A model generated the notes under the pieces. The model made no database searches. It was given only the letters and a program-made list of their open reading frames with translations, and was not told where the DNA came from. Made by a program: the position numbers and the translations under genes. A DNA stretch of 64,000 nucleotides from Escherichia coli (GTDB lineage: Bacteria; Pseudomonadota; Gammaproteobacteria; Enterobacterales; Enterobacteriaceae): NCBI RefSeq assembly GCF_003018255.1, contig NZ_CP027440.1; one strand, given 5' to 3'. This document shows positions 1 to 9,091 of this stretch, one piece after another (position 1 is the first letter of the stretch; each line of letters starts with the position of its first letter).

Positions 1-107
1 TGCTCCTGACTTAAGCTGCGCACCGACGGCAATTTCTCCCCGTGACGATACAGCCCTTGCTCAATCCGCTCGGCAAGTAGAGTCGCCAGATGTTGATAAC
101 GCGTCAT
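1..107 (-). CDS. yjiR: GntR/MocR-type transcriptional regulator, N-terminal fragment; the gene continues left of the window
   Basis: The reverse complement starts with ATG at 107 and reads MTRYQHLATLLAERIEQGLYRHGEKLPSVRSLSQE, a GntR winged-helix N-terminus. It is divergent from yjiS as in K-12 (memory). Confidence 0.7.
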   Translation of the reverse strand, partial: MTRYQHLATLLAERIEQGLYRHGEKLPSVRSLSQE

Positions 108-283
108 GCTGTATTCCTTATTTGGACCATACAGAGAGAAAAACCGGTACAGATGAGGCTAAAAAACCGGATGCAGATGCTGTTTTAACCTGTCTGTATG
201 TTAAATAAAACTAATATTTGCATCTGTATTGTGAACTGCCAGAAGACGGATGATGAAGCCTCTGAAAGATGAGGAGGCAGCAG

Positions 284-448
284 ATGGAATTTCACGAAAA
301 CAAAGCTAAAGCACCGTTTATTGGACTTGTGCAACTCTGGCAGGCAGTGAGGCGTTGGCGGCGGCAAATGCAGGCCCGGCGGGTGTTACAGCAGATGAGT
401 GATGAGCGGTTGAGGGATATTGGGTTACGCAGGGAGGATGTGGAGTGA
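284..448 (+). CDS. yjiS: DUF1127 small protein (54 aa)
   Basis: Hand translation gives MEFHENKAKAPFIGLVQLWQAVRRWRRQMQARRVLQQMSDERLRDIGLRREDVE followed by TGA. A GAGGAGG Shine-Dalgarno lies at 270-277. The ORF is below the track cutoff. Confidence 0.8.
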   Translation: MEFHENKAKAPFIGLVQLWQAVRRWRRQMQARRVLQQMSDERLRDIGLRREDVE

Positions 449-544
449 TGGGGCAGTTCGTCGCGGATAAACAGGATTTCTCTATAACCTCCACAAGGAA
501 GTGGTTATTATTGCGAAATCATCGCTTCACGGAAAGACGTCAGA

Positions 545-2638
545 ATGAAAGCTACAGAAGCCCGCCTACTCGATTTTTTAAAACGTTCGCAGCAGTTTGT
601 TATTCCCATTTATCAACGGACTTATTCATGGACAGAACAACAATGTCGGCAACTTTGGGACGACATCATTCGTGCCGGAAAGCGTGACGATATATCAGCG
701 CATTTTATCGGTTCGGTTGTTTATATAGAGCAGGGATTGTATCAGGTTTCTGGTATTTCTCCGTTGCTGGTCATTGATGGTCAACAGCGGCTGACGACCG
801 CAATGTTGCTGATTGAGGCTTTATCACGCCATCTTGGCGAAGACGAAGTTTTTGATGGCTTTTCAGCAATGAAATTGCGTAATTATTATTTACTCAATCC
901 TTATGAGTCCGGCGAGAAAGGATTTAAATTACTGCTGACCGAGACTGATAAAGACAGTTTGCTGGCGTTAATAAAACAAAGACCAATGCCAGAAAACTAT
1001 TCCCATCGAATAATGGAAAACTTTACTTTCTTTGATGAACAAATTGCCAAACTCGGTGATGACTTGATCCCCTTATGTCGTGGGTTAGCAAAGTTATTAA
1101 TTGTCGATGTGGCGCTTAATCGTGGTCAGGATAATCCGCAACTGATTTTTGAAAGTATGAACTCCACCGGTAAGGCGTTAAGTCAGGCCGATCTGGTGCG
1201 CAATTTTATTCTGATGGGCCTCGAACCAGAGCATCAAACCCGGTTGTATGAAGATCACTGGCGTCCAATGGAAGTCGCTTTTGGTCAGCAAGGTTACAGC
1301 GAATATTTTGACAGCTTTATGCGTCATTATCTGACGGTAAAAACGGGGGAGATCCCTCGGACAGATGAAGTCTATGAGGCATTTAAACTCCATGCCCGCA
1401 GCCAGAGTGTTGCTGAAAAAGGCGTAGATCGGCTGGTTGAAGATATTCACATCTACGCGGAGTATTACTGTGCAATGGCATTGGGAAAAGAAAGTGACAA
1501 ATCGCTTGCTACGGCTTTTCAGGATTTGCGCGAGTTAAAGGTCGATGTGGCATATCCTTTCTTACTGGCGCTTTATCATGACTATAAAAATGGCGATTTG
1601 CCTCACGAAGATTTCCTGAGCATAATTCGTTTAATTGAATCTTATGTTTTCCGCCGTGCAGTATGTGCGATTCCGACGAATTCTCTTAACAAGACGTTTG
1701 CCACTTTTTATAAAGTCATTAATAAAGAAAAATATCTGGAAAGTATTCAGGTACATTTTCTGAATCTGCCTTCATATCGTCGTTTCCCCAACGATGATGA
1801 ATTTAAACGGGAATTAAAAGTTCGCGATCTCTATAACTTCCGTAGTCGCAGCTACTGGTTACGACGACTGGAAAACGATAAACGCAGAGAGCGCGTGGAA
1901 GAGTTTACGATTGAGCATATTATGCCGCAGAACGAAAATCTGTCGGCTAAATGGCGCGAAGAGTTGGGAAGCGACTGGCAGCGTGTGCATAAAGAATTGT
2001 TACATACGTTGGGGAATCTCACTTTAACGCGCTATAACTCCCGCTACAGTGACAGACCTTTCGCGGAAAAACGCGATATTGAAGACGGCTTTAAGCATAG
2101 CCCGCTTTATTTGAATATCGGTCTTGGACAGTGCGAAAAATGGGATGAAGCCGCCATTCACGCCCGAGCCGATCGTCTGGCCGATCTTGCGGTTCAGGTT
2201 TGGCAAGCGCCTGCTCTTCCTGAAGAGGTTTTAGCTGTTTATCGGGCGCAGCCGGAGAACAAAACCAGTTACAGCCTGAGTGATTATCCTTTTCTTGCTG
2301 ATGGTTCGCATAGCCGGGTGTTATTTGATCATCTTCGCGATGAAGTTATGCGCCTGGACGCAGGGATCACGCAGGAAGTATTGAAGCTCTATATTGCGTT
2401 TAAAGCTGAAACGAATTTTGTTGATGTTGTGCCGCAAAAAAGCCGACTGCGATTGTCGCTTAATATGCAGTTTCATGAACTGGTCGATCCGAAAGGTATT
2501 GCCAAAGATGTGACAAATGTTGGGCGATGGGGCAATGGCGATGTGGAAATTGGTTTCAGTGACCTCGCACAACTTCCTTACATTATGGGATTAATTCGTC
2601 AGGCATTTGAAAAACAGATGGAGAACGCGTTGGTATAA
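545..2638 (+). CDS. DUF262 (ParB-like NTPase) plus DUF1524 (His-Me finger) protein, a GmrSD-family type IV restriction enzyme candidate with an extra C-terminal domain
   Basis: 697 aa ORF. The N-terminal part has the motifs IPIYQRTYSW and VIDGQQRLTT, typical of DUF262. The central part has EHIMPQN ... GNLTLTRYNSRYSDRPF, typical of the DUF1524 HNH-like nuclease. It sits where K-12 has yjiT/yjiV/mcrBC (memory). Confidence 0.8.
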   Translation: MKATEARLLDFLKRSQQFVIPIYQRTYSWTEQQCRQLWDDIIRAGKRDDISAHFIGSVVYIEQGLYQVSGISPLLVIDGQQRLTTAMLLIEALSRHLGEDEVFDGFSAMKLRNYYLLNPYESGEKGFKLLLTETDKDSLLALIKQRPMPENYSHRIMENFTFFDEQIAKLGDDLIPLCRGLAKLLIVDVALNRGQDNPQLIFESMNSTGKALSQADLVRNFILMGLEPEHQTRLYEDHWRPMEVAFGQQGYSEYFDSFMRHYLTVKTGEIPRTDEVYEAFKLHARSQSVAEKGVDRLVEDIHIYAEYYCAMALGKESDKSLATAFQDLRELKVDVAYPFLLALYHDYKNGDLPHEDFLSIIRLIESYVFRRAVCAIPTNSLNKTFATFYKVINKEKYLESIQVHFLNLPSYRRFPNDDEFKRELKVRDLYNFRSRSYWLRRLENDKRRERVEEFTIEHIMPQNENLSAKWREELGSDWQRVHKELLHTLGNLTLTRYNSRYSDRPFAEKRDIEDGFKHSPLYLNIGLGQCEKWDEAAIHARADRLADLAVQVWQAPALPEEVLAVYRAQPENKTSYSLSDYPFLADGSHSRVLFDHLRDEVMRLDAGITQEVLKLYIAFKAETNFVDVVPQKSRLRLSLNMQFHELVDPKGIAKDVTNVGRWGNGDVEIGFSDLAQLPYIMGLIRQAFEKQMENALV

Positions 2639-2651
2639 CGTGGCGAATAAT

Positions 2652-2677
2652 ACCCGGTAGCACTGGCGCTACCGGGT
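2652..2677. terminator. Bidirectional hairpin between convergent genes
   Basis: ACCCGGTAGC (2652-2661) pairs with GCTACCGGGT (2668-2677) across a 6-nt loop. It lies between the stop codons of the DUF262 gene and symE. Confidence 0.6.
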
Positions 2678-2684
2678 CAATGTA

Positions 2685-3026
2685 TCAGGCGACTTTCTGT
2701 TTACCCGCAATCACCCCAATAAATTCCCGCACCTGCTTTTGTTTACGCGCCGACAGCTTGCACACCTGGCGCAGCGACTGCATTAGCTCGCTCTCTTCGG
2801 GGGCGGGTGGTTGGGCGGTGAGGACAATACAGCCTTCCATCACTTTGACAGCTATCGCCGTGCCGGTGGCAAAACCGGCGGCTTCCAGCCACTGACCTTT
2901 CAGGGTGATGGCGGGAATACGGCTGTAATCCGGGTAGCGACTCGCATAACTCACGGTTAATTGACGGTTATTTGCCGGGGAGACTTCTGCTTCGAACGGT
3001 TGTGCAATAGAATGCGTGTCAGTCAT
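2685..3026 (-). CDS. symE: SOS-induced toxin-like protein SymE (AbrB/SpoVT fold)
   Basis: From ATG at 3026 the translation is [52 protein letters not shown]..., 113 aa, matching K-12 SymE from memory. The longer track ORF (to 3083) is probably an upstream extension. Confidence 0.9.
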   Translation of the reverse strand: MTDTHSIAQPFEAEVSPANNRQLTVSYASRYPDYSRIPAITLKGQWLEAAGFATGTAIAVKVMEGCIVLTAQPPAPEESELMQSLRQVCKLSARKQKQVREFIGVIAGKQKVA

Positions 3027-3097
3027 AACTGCTATTCCTTGAAAATAGTGATTGTGATGAGCGGTGCGGGTGTGTTGGCGCACATCCGCACCGCGCT
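3021..3097 (+). ncRNA. symR: SymR antisense sRNA (type I antitoxin-like), placed by analogy
   Basis: In K-12, SymR is a 77-nt RNA antisense to the symE start and 5' UTR, beginning a few nt inside the CDS (memory). A long hairpin, GCGGTGCGG (3061-3069) with CCGCACCGC (3086-3094), ends at the predicted 3' end. Confidence 0.45.
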
Positions 3098-3101
3098 AAA
3101 T

Positions 3102-3121
3102 ACCTGGATATATCATCAGTA
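3102..3121. promoter_or_regulatory. LexA (SOS) box upstream of symE
   Basis: The sequence acCTGgatatatcatCAGta has CTG-N10-CAG with an AT-rich core and lies about 80 bp upstream of the symE start. symE is known to be LexA-regulated. Confidence 0.65.
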
Positions 3122-3246
3122 AATACAGGGAAAGTCCAGCTAAAAATTAATGAAAATAAGATAGAAGTTAGCGTGAAATATAATTTTTGGTGATGTGAAT
3201 AAAGCGGCTATTGAGCCGCTTTATTGGTTTTATGAGGGCGAGAAAA

Positions 3247-4983
3247 TTAGTTTATCGCCGCGTTAGTCAGTGCGTCTGCAAGGTGCAGTTGGGTTTGTTG
3301 GGCGGTTTTTATACGAGTTTTAAGCTTATCGCATAGTTCATGAAGTAAACCTACTTGTGAAAATATTCTATATTGTTCAGTTAATGGTGGGCATGGGAAT
3401 GAATACAACATTACACTATTTGCTGATAGGTTGGGTTGTGCTGAGCCATTATCAAAGCGGTAAATCTGTGAGCGCCCAAATGGACTGGTTAAATAATTAT
3501 AAATATACCCTCCCATTTCTGTGATAAATGGTCTAATGATCATTAGTGATGAGGCAATAGCTCCTGTTTCATAGGGGGTTACAAAGGCAGTTTTACCAAA
3601 AGTTGCTCCTCGTAGGCAATAAACCAAATCACCTTTTTGAATTTTCCCACTTCTTAATTCATTAAATTTTCCTTCGGTTATAAAATTCATTTCTGTAACC
3701 GTAAGTGTACCATTTTTTTCTATATGTCCAGTATTGATCCAAGGAATACCTTGAGAAACATACTCATTTTTATTGGGATAATTACTTCCACGATCGCCAT
3801 TTATAAACTCTGATGTTAAACCAAATTTACACCACTCCCACCCTTCCGGCAGTTCAAACGGTTTTTCCTCATTGCTAATTGGCGGTAGTGGTTTTTGTTT
3901 TTTTATTTTCCCTTCTTTCACCAGTTGAGCTTTTTCCTGCGCAATTCGTTTGAGCAGTTCAGAGGCGGGTTCGTCATTCGGATCCTGCGGCACAAGTTTA
4001 CCCATTACGGCCAGTTGAAGAATGGTCTGTTTTAACGCATCCACGCTGGCTTCGGTGGTAAATAGGGTGTCGAAATGCTCGCTAATACGCGCCCAGTTTT
4101 CAGCCAGTTCCTCGGCGTTTTGGCTGTCTGTAAGCGTTCCCAACAGGGTTTCAACCAGTTGCTGATGTGCGTCCAGACTGGTCAGGGATTGCTGTTCCAG
4201 TTGGTCGCAGAGAACTGTAAGTTCTCTGATTTTTCTGACAATTTGTTGTTGTTCATTTATAGGCGGTAAAGCGATTATCTGTTGTTCCATTTTTTCTTTA
4301 GTCATATGGAGCATTGCAATACCGTTACCTTGCGATTTTATTTTATCTGTAATGGATAAAAGAAAATCATGTATAAAATATTTGTTTGAGTACTCTTCTG
4401 CAAATAAATTTAATTTCCATATATGGTAGTGATAAATTACTTTTTCTCCTGTCCAAATGAATGGCCCAAAAGATGCGGACCAAGCGTATATTAAATCACC
4501 ATTATTTATATATTTGTTTTCGTCTAATTGGAGGTCAGAGTAATACCACTCATTTGATGTGAATAGATTACCAACACGCAGCAAAGGAGTGCCTGTTTGA
4601 AGCATTTCATGTTTTTTATATGCTCGACCGTTAATAACCTCCATGAGATCTGCAACCCGCACCCACTCCCATCCCTCCGGCAATTCAAACGGCTTCTCTT
4701 CCTCGCTAATTCCTGGCAGTGGTTTTTGCTTTTTAATTTTACCTTGCTTCACCAGCTCTGCTTTTTCCGCAGCAATACGCTTCAGCAGCTCCGACGCCGG
4801 TTCATCATTCGGATCCTGCGGCACCAGTTTACCGCGCACCGCCAGTTCCAGAATCAGCTCACGCAATTTCTTAATGCCATACAAATCAATTTTACCGGAA
4901 CTGCCGCGCCCGGCGGTGGAACGGGTTTGCAACGCCGAGGTCCAGGTTTCCATATGATCAACGATCAGCTTTTCCACACTCAT
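3247..4983 (-). CDS. hsdS: Type I restriction-modification specificity subunit HsdS (578 aa, two TRDs)
   Basis: Two variable AT-rich target-recognition regions alternate with two near-identical conserved blocks (LAV.GKLVPQDPNDEPASELLKRIA.EKA.LVK.GKIKKQKPLP.IS.EEKPFELPEGWEW). The start ATG overlaps the hsdM stop by 1 nt (TGATG at 4981-4985). Confidence 0.92.
   Translation of the reverse strand: MSVEKLIVDHMETWTSALQTRSTAGRGSSGKIDLYGIKKLRELILELAVRGKLVPQDPNDEPASELLKRIAAEKAELVKQGKIKKQKPLPGISEEEKPFELPEGWEWVRVADLMEVINGRAYKKHEMLQTGTPLLRVGNLFTSNEWYYSDLQLDENKYINNGDLIYAWSASFGPFIWTGEKVIYHYHIWKLNLFAEEYSNKYFIHDFLLSITDKIKSQGNGIAMLHMTKEKMEQQIIALPPINEQQQIVRKIRELTVLCDQLEQQSLTSLDAHQQLVETLLGTLTDSQNAEELAENWARISEHFDTLFTTEASVDALKQTILQLAVMGKLVPQDPNDEPASELLKRIAQEKAQLVKEGKIKKQKPLPPISNEEKPFELPEGWEWCKFGLTSEFINGDRGSNYPNKNEYVSQGIPWINTGHIEKNGTLTVTEMNFITEGKFNELRSGKIQKGDLVYCLRGATFGKTAFVTPYETGAIASSLMIIRPFITEMGGYIYNYLTSPFGRSQIYRFDNGSAQPNLSANSVMLYSFPCPPLTEQYRIFSQVGLLHELCDKLKTRIKTAQQTQLHLADALTNAAIN
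3835..4016. repeat. hsdS internal direct repeat, copy 1 (conserved-region DNA)
   Basis: An imperfect direct repeat of about 180 bp matching 4664-4848, for example ...ttcggatcctgcggcac.agtttacc... . It encodes the duplicated HsdS conserved region. Confidence 0.8.
4664..4848. repeat. hsdS internal direct repeat, copy 2
   Basis: Partner of 3835-4016, offset by about 830 bp. Confidence 0.8.
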
Positions 4984-6452
4984 CAGTTAACCTCCTTGCC
5001 AGACAGCGCAGCGCCAAGAATATCGCGCAGTTGATTACGCAGCGTCTGGATCTCCGCCTGCTGTTTTGCATACTGCGCTAACAGTTCGTCCGGGTCATGG
5101 CTGACGGTTTCCGCCTGATGTGGGTTTTTAATATCCAGATTGAAGTTACGCGCAATCACGTCATCAATGCTGACTTTCCACGCTTGCTCATTCTCGATGC
5201 GGCTGGCAAAACCATCGGCCTCGTTACCCCACCAGTCAATCTCCGCCTGAAACTCTTCGAACTTCATCGGCTTGGTTTTACTGTAATTTTTCACGCCCGC
5301 CGGATACGGATGCTCATAGAACCAAATCTCTTTGGTTGGCTGACCTTTGGTAAAAAACAACAGGTTGGTTTTAATGCCGGTATAGGGGTTAAACACACCA
5401 TTCGGTAAACGCACGATGGTATGCAGATTGCACTCTTCGGTAAGCAGCTTTTTGATTTTGGTTTTAACGCCTTCGCCAAATAGCGTGCCATCCGGCAATA
5501 CCACCGCCGCGCGACCGTTTTTCGCCAGTACTTCCACAATCAGTTGCAGAAACAGATCCGCTGTTTCGCGGGTTTGCATCTCTGCCGGAAAGTTCTTCTC
5601 AATACCGTCTTCTTCCGTGCCACCAAACGGCGGGTTGGTAACAATGACATCCAGTTGCTCATCCCAGGAGGAAAGCGGTTTGTTCAGGGTGTTGTCGTGA
5701 CGAATTTGTACAGGCACTTCAATGCCGTGCAGCAGCATATTGGTGGTCGCCAGCAGGTGCGGAAGCTGTTTTTTCTCGACACCGTGGATCTGTTGTTGCA
5801 GCGTCTGATGATCGGCGACGCTCTTCACGTATTTGTTCTTTACATGATCGAACGCGCAGGCAAGAAAACCGCCCGTACCGCAGGCCGGGTCCATAATGGA
5901 TTCGCCGAGTTTCGGATCAACGCGATCCACCATAAAGCGAGTGACGGCGCGTGGCGTATAGAATTCGCCAGCATTGCCCGCAGATTGCAGATCTTTAAGG
6001 ATCTGTTCGTAAATATCACCAAACAGATGGCGTTCGCTGGCGCTGGTAAAGTCAATTTCGTTCAGCTTGTTGATCACCTGGCGCAGTAGCGTACCGTTTT
6101 TCATATAGTTATAGGCATCGCTGAACGCCTGCTTCACCACGTAGCCGCGTGGGTTTTTATCGATAGGCGCAGTGAGGTTTTTCAACGCCGGGAACAGATC
6201 ATCATTAACGAATTCCAGCAGGGAATCACCGGTAATGCCCTGAGCGTTTGCGGCCCAACTGCGCCATAAATAACGCTGTGGGATCGGATATTGATAGTTA
6301 TCCTGCTCCAGTTCCAGCGCCTCTTCCTGGGCATCGAAGATTTTCAAAAACAGCAGCCAGGAGAGCTGACCGAGACGCTGCGCATCGCCATCCACACCGG
6401 CATCTTTGCGCATAATATCTTGTAATGATTTGATTACTGAACTGATAGACAT
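4983..6452 (-). CDS. hsdM: Type I R-M N6-adenine DNA methyltransferase HsdM
   Basis: Contains the AdoMet motif I DPACGTGGFL and the catalytic motif IV NPPFGG. The N-terminus MSISSVIKSLQDIMRKDAGVDGDAQRLGQLSWLLFLK is typical of HsdM. I placed the start at ATG 6452 (alternative 6464), because the track start at 6488 lies inside a terminator hairpin. Confidence 0.92.
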   Translation of the reverse strand: MSISSVIKSLQDIMRKDAGVDGDAQRLGQLSWLLFLKIFDAQEEALELEQDNYQYPIPQRYLWRSWAANAQGITGDSLLEFVNDDLFPALKNLTAPIDKNPRGYVVKQAFSDAYNYMKNGTLLRQVINKLNEIDFTSASERHLFGDIYEQILKDLQSAGNAGEFYTPRAVTRFMVDRVDPKLGESIMDPACGTGGFLACAFDHVKNKYVKSVADHQTLQQQIHGVEKKQLPHLLATTNMLLHGIEVPVQIRHDNTLNKPLSSWDEQLDVIVTNPPFGGTEEDGIEKNFPAEMQTRETADLFLQLIVEVLAKNGRAAVVLPDGTLFGEGVKTKIKKLLTEECNLHTIVRLPNGVFNPYTGIKTNLLFFTKGQPTKEIWFYEHPYPAGVKNYSKTKPMKFEEFQAEIDWWGNEADGFASRIENEQAWKVSIDDVIARNFNLDIKNPHQAETVSHDPDELLAQYAKQQAEIQTLRNQLRDILGAALSGKEVN

Positions 6453-6473
6453 GTTGTATTCCATGAAAAACAA

Positions 6474-6503
6474 GGCCTTCTGCAACATGATGGTTGCAGA
6501 AGG
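6474..6503 (-). terminator. Perfect 12-bp-stem hairpin plus T-tract between hsdR and hsdM
   Basis: GCCTTCTGCAAC (6474-6485) pairs with GTTGCAGAAGGC (6492-6503) across the loop ATGATG. On the minus strand it is followed by TTGTTTTTC. Confidence 0.6.
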
Positions 6504-6518
6504 CGCAAAAGAGAGTTG

Positions 6519-8951
6519 TTAAGCAGAGCGGGGCGGTAATTGGTAGATTTCGTTTTCCAGCTCGCTGAGCGCCTGATTATACCCGTTACGGTCGCCAAAT
6601 CCGGTTTTAATAATCTCCGGTAAGGTGCCCATGCTGTCGAATGGTTTAAGTTTCAGCACCTGAATACTTTCGATCTCCTGTACGCCCGCATCGGCGTATT
6701 TATCCAGCAGATTATCGAGCACGGCTTGCGCTGCTTCAGAGTATTTTGTGAAGTAGTTCCGCTTGCGCACGTTCTCGGCGCGCTCTTTGCGGGTTAACGG
6801 CGGCTGACCATACACTACGTGGCAAAGCATGTCGAACGGGTCGAGATCTTTACCGACTTCTTCTGCCAGTACTTCCCAGATGATCCCCTGTTGTTCCAGC
6901 TCGTGAATGATCGCTTCTTTGCGATCGGCGTCCTGCCACTTGCGGGTAAAGTCATCCAGCGAGGCATATTCTTTGAGCAGTGTTTTGCGGGTGTAATCTT
7001 TAAAAGATTCGGTAACCAGTTTACCGTCGGCATCGTAATACTGAACACGCTGCGCAATAACGCCCACCGCTACACCGTTGACGTGAAACTTGCGGATTTT
7101 CTTCTCGTCTTCTTCCGGAAGTGGGCCGACATCATCGGTATCGGTAACCTGGTATGGTGGCGCAGGCGGTTCATCAACGCCTGTTACCTGTTCGTCGTCA
7201 TGTTCGCTGATTTCTTCGAGTTTCTCTTCAAAATCAGATTCTGGATCGGCGATATCCTCTGATGTGGTATCCATGACTTTTTCGGGAATGCCATCGAAAC
7301 GCTCATCGGCAAACAGTTCGGTGGCTTTTTTAAAGTCGAGGATGGTAAACCAGAGTTTGCCGTAACGTTCGTCGATGCGTGTACCACGACCGATAATTTG
7401 CTTGAATTTGGTCATCGACTGGATGTTCTGGTCCAGTACTACCAGTTTGCAGGTTTTAGCATCCACACCAGTGGTCATCAGCTCTGAAGTGGTCGCGATA
7501 ACCGGGTACGCTTTTTTCGGGTTGATGAAGTTATCCAACTGAGCTTTGCCAATTTCATCATCGCCGGTGATTTTCATGACGTATTTGTCGTTCTTTTTCA
7601 CCTGCTCCGGGTTGAGATTCACCAGGGCGCGGCGCATACGTTCTGCATGATCGATGTCGTTACAGAAGACGATGGTTTTATCCATCGGGTTGGTGCGCTT
7701 GAGGTAGTCGGTAATGGTTCTGGCAACCAGTTCTGTCCGTTCGTCGATTACCATCGTGCGATCGAAATCTTTCTGGTTATAGATACGATCGTCGATCACT
7801 TCGCCGTTTAAGTCAGTTTGCCCTTTGGTTGGGCGCCAGCCTTGCAGATCAACATCAATATCAACACGGACAACTTTATAAGGGGCGAGGAAGCCGTCTT
7901 CGATCCCTTCTTTTAGCGAGTAGACGTAAACCGGATCGCCGAAGTAATCCGTGCTGGAGACTTCATGCGTCTCTTTTGGCGTGGCGGTTAAGCCAATTTG
8001 GGTGGCGGAACTGAAATAATCAAGGATCTCTCGCCAGGCGCTGTCTTCGGATGCGCTGCCGCGATGGCATTCGTCGATCACGATCAGATCGAAGAAATCT
8101 GGTGCGACTTGTTTAAACGCTTTTTGGTCTTCCTCCGGGCCAGTTATAGCCTGATAGAGCGCGAGGTGAATTTCATAAGCGGGATCAATGGTGCGTCCGC
8201 TGACTTTGGTCATTGCCGTACCAAATGGCTGGAAATCATTATTTTTGGTTTGGTCGACCAGAATGTTGCGATCGGCAAGGAACAAAATGCGTTTTTTATT
8301 TTTTGATTTCCACAGGCGCCAGATGATCTGGAATGCGGTATAGGTTTTCCCTGTTCCGGTCGCCATGACCAGCAGAACGCGGTTTTGCCCGTTGGAGACG
8401 GCTTCAATGGTTTTGTTGATTGCCTGAAGCTGGTAATAACGAGGCGATTTGCCGCTGCCATCGTCGTAATAGTCCTGAGTAATCACCGGAAGCTGAGCTT
8501 GTGTGTATCCTTTCCAGAGGCAGAATTTTTGCCAGAGTTCAGCGGGGGAGGGGAAGTCATCCAGCGTTATTTGCTTTTCAAGGCATTCACCTTCAGCTGC
8601 GGTGGCATCGCGGAAGATAAAGCCATCACCGTTGGTGGCAAAAACAAAAGGAACGTCCAGCAGGCGCGCATATTCAATGCCCTGTTGCATCCCTTTGCCA
8701 ATTTCATGTTTGTTGGCTTTTGCTTCAATCACGGCTAAGGGAATGCCTGGTTTGTGATACAGCACGATGTCAGCAGATTTTACCGTTCTGCGTGCCGCAA
8801 CTTTACCACGTACGATGACTTTACCGTTCCGGAGTTTGACCTCCTGTCTGATTTGCGTTGTGTTGTCCCAGCCTGCATTGAGAATGGCTGGCATAACGCA
8901 TTTGGTAATGATGTCTGCTTCCGTCAGGTTACTTAGGTTCAGTTCCGCCAT
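6519..8951 (-). CDS. hsdR: Type I R-M restriction/translocase subunit HsdR (810 aa)
   Basis: The N-terminus has a PD-(D/E)xK-like region (ADIVLY ... VIEAKA). The helicase region has motif I MATGTGKT and motif II VIDECHR. The C-terminal region resembles the EcoEI_R_C domain of type IB enzymes (memory). Confidence 0.92.
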   Translation of the reverse strand: MAELNLSNLTEADIITKCVMPAILNAGWDNTTQIRQEVKLRNGKVIVRGKVAARRTVKSADIVLYHKPGIPLAVIEAKANKHEIGKGMQQGIEYARLLDVPFVFATNGDGFIFRDATAAEGECLEKQITLDDFPSPAELWQKFCLWKGYTQAQLPVITQDYYDDGSGKSPRYYQLQAINKTIEAVSNGQNRVLLVMATGTGKTYTAFQIIWRLWKSKNKKRILFLADRNILVDQTKNNDFQPFGTAMTKVSGRTIDPAYEIHLALYQAITGPEEDQKAFKQVAPDFFDLIVIDECHRGSASEDSAWREILDYFSSATQIGLTATPKETHEVSSTDYFGDPVYVYSLKEGIEDGFLAPYKVVRVDIDVDLQGWRPTKGQTDLNGEVIDDRIYNQKDFDRTMVIDERTELVARTITDYLKRTNPMDKTIVFCNDIDHAERMRRALVNLNPEQVKKNDKYVMKITGDDEIGKAQLDNFINPKKAYPVIATTSELMTTGVDAKTCKLVVLDQNIQSMTKFKQIIGRGTRIDERYGKLWFTILDFKKATELFADERFDGIPEKVMDTTSEDIADPESDFEEKLEEISEHDDEQVTGVDEPPAPPYQVTDTDDVGPLPEEDEKKIRKFHVNGVAVGVIAQRVQYYDADGKLVTESFKDYTRKTLLKEYASLDDFTRKWQDADRKEAIIHELEQQGIIWEVLAEEVGKDLDPFDMLCHVVYGQPPLTRKERAENVRKRNYFTKYSEAAQAVLDNLLDKYADAGVQEIESIQVLKLKPFDSMGTLPEIIKTGFGDRNGYNQALSELENEIYQLPPRSA

Positions 8952-9091
8952 GGGGTGTTCTCATCTAAATGCGATGCGTAAATTCTACACAGAAAAATAG
9001 ATGAATTCATCTGTTCAAAGAGTATTATCAGCGTTAAGTCACTGTTTTAAAGGTATTCTTGAGTTTCATCAATAGCTGGATAAGGATTCAT

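Noticed and set aside
445-687. 80-aa ORF starting right after yjiS
   Set aside because: It overlaps the 5' end of the DUF262 gene in another frame, and the DUF262 frame carries the conserved motifs.
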